From a virus, in UHGV virus genome UHGV-0210683: a DNA stretch of 40,225 nucleotides; one strand, written 5' to 3'. Below, one piece after another: positions 27,948-35,160 of the stretch (position 1 is its first letter; each line of letters opens with the position of its first letter). The notes under the pieces are model-generated. The model was not told the origin of the DNA. It ran no database searches and saw only the letters and a list, made by a program, of their open reading frames with translations. The translations under genes and the position numbers were made by a program.

Positions 27948-29177
27948 ATGACAAAAATATTTAAAATCCCCTTTGCAACACAGGGGGATCGCACTGCCGT
28001 GCCTGATGAAGTACAGGCAGACGGCTCATTGTCTTACACTCAGGGCTACGGTTACGATTATGAACGTGACCAGGCGACCGATCCGGCGGCCAAAGATATT
28101 GAACGCGAGAAGATGAACAGTATCTTCCATGATATTACCGGTGCGGTCGGGGAAATACAGGCGTTCGGTATGCCGGTGTGGGCGGAAGAAGGTAAGCCCT
28201 ATGCTATCCGCAGTATCGTGTATCACAATAAAAAAGCCTGGCAGTCAAAGATTGAAAATAATAATACCGAACCGGCTGCCGGTACCGCATGGACGGAACT
28301 GAAAGCTGACCTGACCGCCGGGGAGGTCGGAGCCTACACCAAAGGGGAGAGTGACCAGAAATTTCAGCCGCTGGGTAATTACCTGCCCGCTGGTTACAGC
28401 TATTCGAAAGCTGAATCTGACACCAATTTCCAGCCGAAAGGCAACTACGCTCCAGCGGGTAACTATGCTCTGAAATCTGATGTTTATACCAAAACAGAGG
28501 GGGACGGACGTTATCAGGCGAAAGGTAACTATGCGCCGGCAGGGGACTATGCTTTCACCGCTGACCTGGAAAAGAAACTTGATAAAACGTCAGTATTTCA
28601 GACAACCGGGACATCGACAACAGGTACTATAAGTCAGAAAGGGATCACCGATGCACTGAAAAACGCCGTTAATATTGACACTATTTACCCGGTCGGGGTG
28701 GTGATCTGGTTTGCACAGAACAAGAACCCGAACAGTTTGTTTCCGGGCACCAAGTGGTCATACATCGGTGAAAATAAAACCATCCGGCTGGCAAACAGCA
28801 GCGGTAATAATGTTCTGAGCAGCGGCGGGAGTGACAGTATTACACTGACAACCGCACATTTACCGGCTCATAGTCATAGTTTCTCAGGGTCTACATCGAG
28901 CTTTGATTACGGGACAAAGACAACCAATAGTACGGGGGCGCACACACATACATATCAAACACTACAATACCAGAAAGGGAATAGTCACGATGTTGGAGGG
29001 GGGAACTCTGGCTATGAGACCCGAACAACTTCAAGTGCGGGGGCTCATACCCACACTATCGCTATTGGAGCACACTCGCACACTGTTTCAGGTACAACTG
29101 GAAATACAGGTAATGGCTCGTCAGTATCAGTTATTAATGCTTATATCATGCTCATGGGGTGGTACAGAATAGAGTAA
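27948..29177 (+). CDS. Tail fibre protein
   Basis: N-terminal PFA..GD anchor, three YxK.E.D..[FY]Q..GNY.PAG repeats, IYPVG collar, H-x-H-rich tip (HSHS, HTHT, HTHT, HSHT). Confidence 0.88.
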   Translation: MTKIFKIPFATQGDRTAVPDEVQADGSLSYTQGYGYDYERDQATDPAAKDIEREKMNSIFHDITGAVGEIQAFGMPVWAEEGKPYAIRSIVYHNKKAWQSKIENNNTEPAAGTAWTELKADLTAGEVGAYTKGESDQKFQPLGNYLPAGYSYSKAESDTNFQPKGNYAPAGNYALKSDVYTKTEGDGRYQAKGNYAPAGDYAFTADLEKKLDKTSVFQTTGTSTTGTISQKGITDALKNAVNIDTIYPVGVVIWFAQNKNPNSLFPGTKWSYIGENKTIRLANSSGNNVLSSGGSDSITLTTAHLPAHSHSFSGSTSSFDYGTKTTNSTGAHTHTYQTLQYQKGNSHDVGGGNSGYETRTTSSAGAHTHTIAIGAHSHTVSGTTGNTGNGSSVSVINAYIMLMGWYRIE

Positions 29178-29684
29178 TCATAACATTTTGATAAAACGTG
29201 CAGGAGTTCCGGCATAGAGAGAGTTAGCTGGCACGTTGCGGTTAACAACACTATTTGCCGCAATAATACTGTTATCTCCGACGGTAACTCCGGGTAAAAT
29301 TACAGCTCCTGCACCTATCCAAACGTTTTTACCGATTTTGACTGGTTGTATTATGTTGTCTTCATGTCTTTTTTCGGGGGAAGCAAAATGATTAACTGTG
29401 CATATAGTCACATTGGGGCCAATCATTGTTTTATCGTCTATTGTGATTAATGCGTTATCTAAAAAATTACAATTTGCGTTAATGAATACGTCACCAATTA
29501 ATTTTACATTTCCGAATTCAAAATATATAGGGGATGTAATTGAAGCGTTTTTTTCTGCATGGAAGCCAGATTTTATTAATATCGAGTTTCTTTTCCTTCT
29601 GGATAATGTTGAAGTATTAAAAAATATTACCGCTTGGCGTGGCGTTATTTTGTTTTTTAATAAATAATAAAGATATTTCAACAT
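29178..29684 (-). CDS. Hexapeptide-repeat (LbH) O-acetyltransferase moron
   Basis: IGPNVTI, PVKIGKNVWIGAGAVILPGVTVGDNSIIAANSVV, AGTPARFIK; AT-rich and convergent with the tail fibre gene. Confidence 0.85.
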   Translation of the reverse strand: MLKYLYYLLKNKITPRQAVIFFNTSTLSRRKRNSILIKSGFHAEKNASITSPIYFEFGNVKLIGDVFINANCNFLDNALITIDDKTMIGPNVTICTVNHFASPEKRHEDNIIQPVKIGKNVWIGAGAVILPGVTVGDNSIIAANSVVNRNVPANSLYAGTPARFIKML

Positions 29685-29859
29685 TTATAATTTCCTGTGA
29701 CGACTTTACGTATACTTACACCTCAGTGCTATCATACGTTTTGATTTCACAATATCATATTGAATTTTAGTCTACTACATTGATTTTGTTGATATGGAAC
29801 ATAAGTTGTTATTGTGAATGTCGATGGTAACTAATTGATATTTAGATAATAAGCAATGA

Positions 29860-29915
29860 ATTTAAAATCCCTCGGCCGCAAGGCTGTGCGGGTTCAAGTC
29901 CCGCTCTGGGCACCA
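29860..29915 (+). other. attP core: 3' half of tRNA-Leu(UAA) (leuZ-like); not an intact tRNA
   Basis: ATTTAAAATCCCTCGGCCGCAAGGCTGTGCGGGTTCAAGTCCCGCTCTGGGCACCA comprises anticodon loop, variable arm, T arm and CCA. The 5' half is absent. Adjacent to the integrase. Confidence 0.9.
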
Positions 29916-29951
29916 TATAGAAATTCATTGATTTTTCAGTGGGTTAGAGTT

Positions 29952-29983
29952 AAAAGAGAGCGACCTTTATGGTCGCTTTTTTT
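29952..29983. terminator. Bidirectional terminator (downstream of the reconstituted tRNA and of int)
   Basis: AAAAGAG-AGCGACC-TTTAT-GGTCGCT-TTTTTT. Confidence 0.75.
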
Positions 29984-30041
29984 GTGTCCTTAGTCACACT
30001 TCACTATATTTTCACTATATAATTTCACTATATTCTCTCCT

Positions 30042-31064
30042 TCAAACTGTCTTTTTCTGACCACCGACAACAGGAACAACCATCACTTTTCTGTCATACC
30101 GGGCGGTTTGAGTGATATTTTTATGTCCCGATATTTTCTGTTTTTCTGACAGTGGTCCATCGAGATCTGAAATACCTTTAGCCTTCAAATCATGAAAGGT
30201 GAAGTTAAAATTCAGGTGCGGGAATTTTTTAGCTGCAGCTTCTTTGGCTTTTCTCCAGCGACTGTTGAAACCATCCCGTGTATACCCGGAACCTCTGGAT
30301 TGATGAAGTACATAAATACTGCTGATACCAGAATCAAGGGGGAGAGTATTACTCAGGTTTATAGCTGCATGCAGGCGCTCCGTCCATGCCTTTATTTGTG
30401 CTACACCGGTTTTTCCCTGCTTAATGTAAATACCATCCTCTGTTAATTGCGAATAAGTTAATGCCAAAACATCAGCTTGCCGGGCTGCGCAGAGATACGC
30501 TATTTCCATTGCTATCCTGACAACTACAGGGGATACGGAATAGAGCGCATTATATTCATCATCTGTAATATAGCGATCCCTGGCTTGCTCCTTGAATTGC
30601 CGCACACCTTTACATGGATTGCTTTTTACCAGTCCGCGCTCATAACCCCAGCCAAAAACACGGGATAGCAGCGTTTTTTCCCTGTTTGCCTGTGTCGGGC
30701 TTTTAGTGCCGCGCTTATCCATATATTTACGGATATGCTCAGGCTTTATATTATCGGGCTGCATTTTCCCGAATACAGGTAATAGCTTGCCGGAATATTT
30801 ACGATAATCTTTCTGTGTTTCCGGTGACAGGTTAGTAAAGTCGGCGGAAATGAAAAATGAGTTAAACAATGCTGTCAATGTTGCCTCATTTTTCTGATCG
30901 TCTATCAGTTTTTCGTATGCTACCCATACCTCAGCCTGAGTACATGAAAAATCACAAAGCCGGATTGTTTTGTTATCCGGAGTAATAAATTCAAAAGCAG
31001 ACCTGCCCCGTTTAACCCGCTTTGGCATCCAGTTATCAGCAGGGTTTTTCCTTTTCCTACCCAT
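30042..31064 (-). CDS. int: Tyrosine integrase
   Basis: CAARQADV (R), QGKTG (K), FHDLKAK, SGH, ARYDR (Y); adjacent to att. Confidence 0.93.
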   Translation of the reverse strand: MGRKRKNPADNWMPKRVKRGRSAFEFITPDNKTIRLCDFSCTQAEVWVAYEKLIDDQKNEATLTALFNSFFISADFTNLSPETQKDYRKYSGKLLPVFGKMQPDNIKPEHIRKYMDKRGTKSPTQANREKTLLSRVFGWGYERGLVKSNPCKGVRQFKEQARDRYITDDEYNALYSVSPVVVRIAMEIAYLCAARQADVLALTYSQLTEDGIYIKQGKTGVAQIKAWTERLHAAINLSNTLPLDSGISSIYVLHQSRGSGYTRDGFNSRWRKAKEAAAKKFPHLNFNFTFHDLKAKGISDLDGPLSEKQKISGHKNITQTARYDRKVMVVPVVGGQKKTV

Positions 31065-31066
31065 AA

Positions 31067-31285
31067 TTACATAGCCCCGAAGTCAGGTTCTTCTGATACC
31101 GGTAATGTCTGCCGTTTAGCCAGCGGGCTATTAAAATGCGCCCAGGTTGTTTTTGGATATCCGTCCGGCCGCTTTATAAAAAAGATACCGGCACGCTCCA
31201 GGGCTTCGCACTGTTTTGACGGGAATTGATAGCCGGTCAGTTCTATCATTTCGTCCGGGGTAATTACGTCACTCTCGTTTTTCAT
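31067..31285 (-). CDS. Excisionase (DUF4224-type)
   Basis: IT.DE..ELTGY..PSKQC..L...GIFF..RPDG.P; directly upstream of int. Confidence 0.8.
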   Translation of the reverse strand: MKNESDVITPDEMIELTGYQFPSKQCEALERAGIFFIKRPDGYPKTTWAHFNSPLAKRQTLPVSEEPDFGAM

Positions 31286-31448
31286 TTTGGTCTTGCCTCA
31301 TCATCAATAAAATAAGAAGGTCAGCCGTATCGCATGAGCGTTTAATATCTGCCGGAGTGCATGATCTGTTTTTTACACTCGCAGCCAGGCGGCCTAATTT
31401 AATATCAAAGTCGGTCAGTAATTGTTGTCCTGGTTGCCACGGTTCCAT
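31269..31448 (-). CDS. Small hypothetical protein (59 aa), not in the ORF track
   Basis: MEPWQPGQQLLTDFDIKLGRLAASV...; GGGG RBS; overlaps the xis start. Confidence 0.55.
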   Translation of the reverse strand: MEPWQPGQQLLTDFDIKLGRLAASVKNRSCTPADIKRSCDTADLLILLMMRQDQNEKRE

Positions 31449-31518
31449 GATGTTTTCCCCTGTAATGGTATTGGCATCATGGTAATCACCGTGGCGGAAT
31501 AAAACTGATTATGCTTAA

Positions 31519-31707
31519 TCAACTTTTTGTCTGAGAAAAATCGGCCGAGATAATTTCATCAATCAGATAGCACTCTGAAAAAATACCCTTCACGGTCAGT
31601 GTTTCTTTATCCATCAGACAATTTTGCTCATCCGGATAAACGTAGCCGTAGGGCTGATATTCGCAGCTGGTGGCAGAGCAAATCAGCATGAATAATCCGT
31701 ATATCAT
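31519..31707 (-). CDS. Small Cys-containing protein (DUF1482/YebW-like)
   Basis: Hydrophobic N-terminus, C....C, VYPDEQNCL. Confidence 0.6.
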   Translation of the reverse strand: MIYGLFMLICSATSCEYQPYGYVYPDEQNCLMDKETLTVKGIFSECYLIDEIISADFSQTKS

Positions 31708-31871
31708 TTGCTTTCATCCTTCTGCTGCGGCTCGTTACGGGCCTCAATTTTCACCTGTGGAGGCAGGTCGTAATACACATCACACCGGCGGTCTGTATGG
31801 ATGTAGCCGTGACTGCCGTCAGGGAACGTGAGCTTTACCGGCCGGTCTTTGTAGTGTTGGTGTTTTAGCAT
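31704..31871 (-). CDS. 55-aa CsrA-like (carbon storage regulator fold) protein, not in the ORF track
   Basis: MLKHQHYKDRPVKLTFPDGSHGYIHTDRRCDVYYDLPPQVKIEARNE: ML start, alternating beta pattern and a D-x-P-x-x-V-x-I end resembling CsrA (NAPKEVSV). ATGA coupling to the next gene. Confidence 0.55.
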   Translation of the reverse strand: MLKHQHYKDRPVKLTFPDGSHGYIHTDRRCDVYYDLPPQVKIEARNEPQQKDESK

Positions 31872-31901
31872 TGGTCTGCCTTATCGTGACATGTCACGCT
31901 G

Positions 31902-31927
31902 AAACAAAGTGCCCGGTTGCCGGGCAC
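31902..31927 (-). terminator. Terminator within the pL operon after Gp157
   Basis: GTGCCCGG-CAA-CCGGGCAC-TTTGTTT on the minus strand. Confidence 0.6.
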
Positions 31928-31936
31928 CATGGGTAA

Positions 31937-32434
31937 TTACCGGACCATCAGTGAACGTTCACCAATTTCAATATGAGCACCGGGAACTTCAATACCATTT
32001 TCCAGCGCTTCTTTGATGGCTTTTTTATCCGGTGACACAATGGTTTGTACATCAACGAGTTCGTTAGGAAGCAGGGATTCATCATCAATGACAATTGACG
32101 CCCGGCCTTTCACTGCAGTGAATGTGTTTTTCACTGTTTTCAGTTTGTCCTGGCCAGATGCCAGTAAGCAGGTCAGTGCATATTTTTTCAGATCCTTGGC
32201 CTGACGCTTAAATGACTTTTCACGATCCGCCAGGCGTTTGGCTTCTTCACCCAGAGTATTTGCCTGCCCTTCAAGGTTACGGACGTGGATCATAATCGCG
32301 TCCAGTTTATCGCCGAGTGCGCCCTCGATACCTTCCAGGGTGTCGGCTATTTCTTCCGGGGTGAATTCACCGGTCTCTACCAGTCGTTGCAGCTTTTCAT
32401 AGTCTGCGGCTAATGCAATTGCGGTTGTGCTCAT
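31937..32434 (-). CDS. Siphovirus Gp157-family protein
   Basis: DTLE.IEG...DK, E.KRL..R, PDKKAIKEAL..G.EVPGA motifs. Confidence 0.85.
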   Translation of the reverse strand: MSTTAIALAADYEKLQRLVETGEFTPEEIADTLEGIEGALGDKLDAIMIHVRNLEGQANTLGEEAKRLADREKSFKRQAKDLKKYALTCLLASGQDKLKTVKNTFTAVKGRASIVIDDESLLPNELVDVQTIVSPDKKAIKEALENGIEVPGAHIEIGERSLMVR

Positions 32435-34428
32435 TGGTCTGCCTCTTGTTTTTCAGTCAGTGCGGTTAAACATTCATCTTCAATAGCTTTCAGGCGGCGC
32501 AGGCGGCCTTCGAGGTATTTCTGATATTCTTTATCGCCACGGGATTTTGCATTATTAACATGTACGGAAATCTCCCGTGACAAGGTGGATGCAATACCAC
32601 GCAGCTCATTGGTCGTGACTGCCGTCCGCATGGTTTCCGTGTTGCGTTTGAATTTATCGTCCAGTTCCTCGCGGAGACGGACGATATCATCGGCGTTATC
32701 GCTGGCCGCCTTAATTTCAAACTCCATTTTATTTTTGATGAGATATTCAGGGTTATCGTGCATACCCATGAACACATCAGAAGAGAACCCGAGCATTGAC
32801 AGTGCTTTTTTAATCGCGTCTGTCAGTGATTTTTTTATGACCTCACTATCAACTTTTATGCCGTATTGGGTCTGATAGCGGTATGGTGTCGCGCCGTAGC
32901 TTTCAAAATAACAGCACTTGCCATCTTTACTGCGGTACCAAAACTGGATTTTTATTGAATGATTTTGCTCGCAGAACAGAGAACCGTCTGCGTCACGCAG
33001 GTAACGCAGAGCAACCTGTTTGTTGTTTTCCAGAACAGGTTCAGTCAGCGGTTTGCCGTCTAGGAATTTTTCTTCAACCACCTCATAGCCCCAACCTTCA
33101 CCGATCGGTCCGAAAATTTCGGTAGCACGCATAAACATGTAGTTACTGTTAATGCTGGTACCCTGAAATCCCGCGCCCTCTAAAGGCTTGGTAAAGCGTG
33201 GATCTGTGCGCTGTACCTGCTTCCAGATACTCAGATTGTCCGTGTCTGCCAGAACCTCGGCAATCACTTCGGCGCGGCTGCGGAAGTCATCAGTAGCTGG
33301 TTCCTCGGCATGAGCCGGTTCCGGTGTTTGGGCTATGGTAGTCGGTTCATCGTTGGCCGCTACTTCCGGAGCTGGTTTCTCTGCCGGTTTATCTGCTTTT
33401 TTAGTACGTGTGCGCTTGGTCTTTTCCTGCTTTGCTGCTACGGGTGGTTTATCTTCCGTAATATCCGGACCGGACCGGCCTGTTTCCTGGTCATGACTGC
33501 TTTCTGCCGGCGTTATGCCGATACGGTCAGCCACAAACTGTTTACGGGCTGCCGCATCGCTTATCAGGTCAGGTAATTCTTTTCCTTCACGTACGACAGC
33601 AAAGACTGTTTCACGCGGGATCTGCAATGCGGTCGGGATAATACGGAACTCAGTAGACCAGCGCCGCCAGCTTTCATCTTCATCACTGATCAGCTTTTTT
33701 GCAGCGGTAAGTTTGCTTGGCTGAATTTCCCATGGGTCAAAATTACCGGGAAGAAGGGCGAGGGCTATTTCCTGATCCAGTGTCGCGTAATTATGTTCAA
33801 AATTACGTTGCTTTTGCTCCGGGACAGGGAGTTGCCCGGTGGCCGGTTCTGCAGGGAACAGGTATTCTTCTGCCAGCTTCTGTGCTTCTGCTTCGGTAAT
33901 ACCATCCTGAGCTTTTTCCAGAACAGTATTTACCAGCGCTTCTAAATCCTGTTCATTCAGCAGGGAAACCGTGCGTGTGGCCGCGATACCTTTTGCAATA
34001 TTCCGGATCTGCGGGTATTCATCACTTTCGTGAACAAAATCGACCGCTTTGCGGTACTCATTGCGGGTAAATTGTGTTTTTTCATACAGCATGATTGCCG
34101 CAATACGAACGACTGGCGCCGTTTTTGCAAACACTACCATTTCTTCTTCACGTTTCTGCCAGTCGGTACCGTTGAACTCGTACTCTTTGGCAAAATGTTC
34201 ATCAAAACTATCGCCGGCCGGTGCTGGTTTGCCTGCCTGAGCTTCGCAGATTATTGGTGCCGACACATCAAACTTTCCTGTATTTTCAGGATAAGTTTCC
34301 TCCAGCATCACGGTGGCCATTGCTCTGGCCATCTTCTCGGAATTGGCGGAAATCGTGATTGCAACAGTCACAGCACCGTCTTTAAGTGCCGCATCTATGG
34401 GATTAAATGCACAGATATAATTGGTCAT
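32431..34428 (-). CDS. Large recombination protein: RecE-N-terminal-like region plus C-terminal Rad52/Sak-like annealing domain
   Basis: C-terminal TDPRFTK, ATEIFGPIGEGWGY, KKSLTDAIKKALSMLGFSSDVFMG; central TLDQEIALALLPG. Confidence 0.7.
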   Translation of the reverse strand: MTNYICAFNPIDAALKDGAVTVAITISANSEKMARAMATVMLEETYPENTGKFDVSAPIICEAQAGKPAPAGDSFDEHFAKEYEFNGTDWQKREEEMVVFAKTAPVVRIAAIMLYEKTQFTRNEYRKAVDFVHESDEYPQIRNIAKGIAATRTVSLLNEQDLEALVNTVLEKAQDGITEAEAQKLAEEYLFPAEPATGQLPVPEQKQRNFEHNYATLDQEIALALLPGNFDPWEIQPSKLTAAKKLISDEDESWRRWSTEFRIIPTALQIPRETVFAVVREGKELPDLISDAAARKQFVADRIGITPAESSHDQETGRSGPDITEDKPPVAAKQEKTKRTRTKKADKPAEKPAPEVAANDEPTTIAQTPEPAHAEEPATDDFRSRAEVIAEVLADTDNLSIWKQVQRTDPRFTKPLEGAGFQGTSINSNYMFMRATEIFGPIGEGWGYEVVEEKFLDGKPLTEPVLENNKQVALRYLRDADGSLFCEQNHSIKIQFWYRSKDGKCCYFESYGATPYRYQTQYGIKVDSEVIKKSLTDAIKKALSMLGFSSDVFMGMHDNPEYLIKNKMEFEIKAASDNADDIVRLREELDDKFKRNTETMRTAVTTNELRGIASTLSREISVHVNNAKSRGDKEYQKYLEGRLRRLKAIEDECLTALTEKQEADQ

Positions 34429-34443
34429 TGGTCTTGCCTCTGG

Positions 34444-34815
34444 TCAGTAAGGTAATGCTTCGTCGTCTTTGGAGATAACTTCACCCTCCAGGCATAGCAG
34501 TGCCTGTATCTGGTCTTCCAGTAATCTGGTTTTGGCAGTTGCATCTGCAAGGATCTGATTTTGCTCTGCCCGTAAACTGTTAATTTCGGCCTGAACTAAA
34601 TCAGATTTACTGACTGAAGGGTCGGGTAATTCAAACTGGTGTTCGGCAACGGGGAAGCCCATACCGTCAGTCGCTTTGAATTTGTGGGTGAATACTGAAT
34701 ACGCGATACTTCCGTCAAACCGTTTTTGTGCATGGACGTAAAGCGTGACTTTGAGGAGGTTAGGTTGTGCTTTCATAGCAACTCCTTTAAAATGATGTTT
34801 CCAATGATTCGTCAT
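34444..34815 (-). CDS. Hypothetical protein, first pL gene (two in-frame starts: 34815 and 34776)
   Basis: ATG 34815 is preceded by GAGGCAAGACCA and ATG 34776 by AAGGAG; C-terminal coiled coil. Confidence 0.7.
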   Translation of the reverse strand: MTNHWKHHFKGVAMKAQPNLLKVTLYVHAQKRFDGSIAYSVFTHKFKATDGMGFPVAEHQFELPDPSVSKSDLVQAEINSLRAEQNQILADATAKTRLLEDQIQALLCLEGEVISKDDEALPY

Positions 34816-34886
34816 TGGTCTTGCCTCTTCTGACGGTTGGTCCCGTCAGTGGAACTCCGGATTAGCTTTGGTCGGCGACTCCGGGT

Positions 34887-34914
34887 AAAAGAGCCCACTT
34901 CGGTGGGTTTTTTT
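34887..34914. terminator. Bidirectional terminator in the pL leader (tL1-like)
   Basis: AAAAGAGCCCAC-TTCG-GTGGGTTTTTTT. Confidence 0.75.
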
Positions 34915-35054
34915 ACGTCTGAAATAAGGTGCCCGTCTTTCCGGGCTGTCAGGTCGCCTTGCCTCTTCTGCCATCTTCGTGGCGTTATTTGTTTCCTGGT
35001 GCTGCCGTAAAACTGTGAACGTTTATCCTGAATACCCGCTGTGGGGTTTTGATG
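34887..35054 (-). ncRNA. Candidate ~165-nt pL leader sRNA
   Basis: Bounded by pL and the terminator. Contains a 19-nt antisense to 4685-4703 and a boxB-like GCCCG-GAAAGA-CGGGC hairpin (34931-34946). Confidence 0.5.
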
Positions 35055-35060
35055 ACATAA

Positions 35061-35102
35061 ATATTAGCAATGCTATTTTTATTATGCAATAGCAATGCTA
35101 AT
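35061..35102 (-). promoter_or_regulatory. pL promoter with operators OL1/OL2
   Basis: TTGCAT-17 bp-TAATAT on the minus strand; palindromes ATTAGCAATGCTATT (35063-35077) and AATAGCAATGCTAAT (35088-35102). Confidence 0.8.
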
Positions 35103-35112
35103 TATTTAAGGC

Positions 35113-35139
35113 AAAAAAAACGCCACGATAATAGCGGCG
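35113..35139 (-). terminator. cI terminator
   Basis: CGCCGC-loop-GTGGCG-TTTTTTTT on the minus strand. Confidence 0.7.
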
Positions 35140-35160
35140 CTCATTAAGGGGTTGATTTAC

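Larger units (their letters stand above)
29746..30033. repeat. Integrase arm-type sites and IHF site of attP
   Basis: TTCACTATAT at 30000, 30011 and 30024; TTCACAATAT at 29746; inverted TTCACAATAA at 29809-29818; IHF consensus WATCAANNNNTTR on the minus strand at 29828-29840. Confidence 0.75.

Noticed and set aside
28330..28555. Tail-fibre repeats as a DGR, invertible segment or CRISPR
   Set aside because: They are degenerate in-frame peptide repeats; no reverse transcriptase, invertase or regularly spaced repeat array is present anywhere in the window.
29860..29915. Functional tRNA-Leu gene
   Set aside because: The acceptor 5' strand, D arm and most of the 5' anticodon stem are missing; it is the att core.
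31885..31898. Calling GTGACATGTCAC a matS or CRP site
   Set aside because: The spacer does not fit matS (3 bp) or CRP (TGTGA-N6-TCACA); kept only as an unexplained motif.
34846..34974. 42-codon Arg-rich ORF in the pL leader as a possible N-like peptide
   Set aside because: No convincing SD, it runs through the terminator and hairpins, and it lacks a clear N ARM; the region is better explained as structured RNA, though translation is not excluded.
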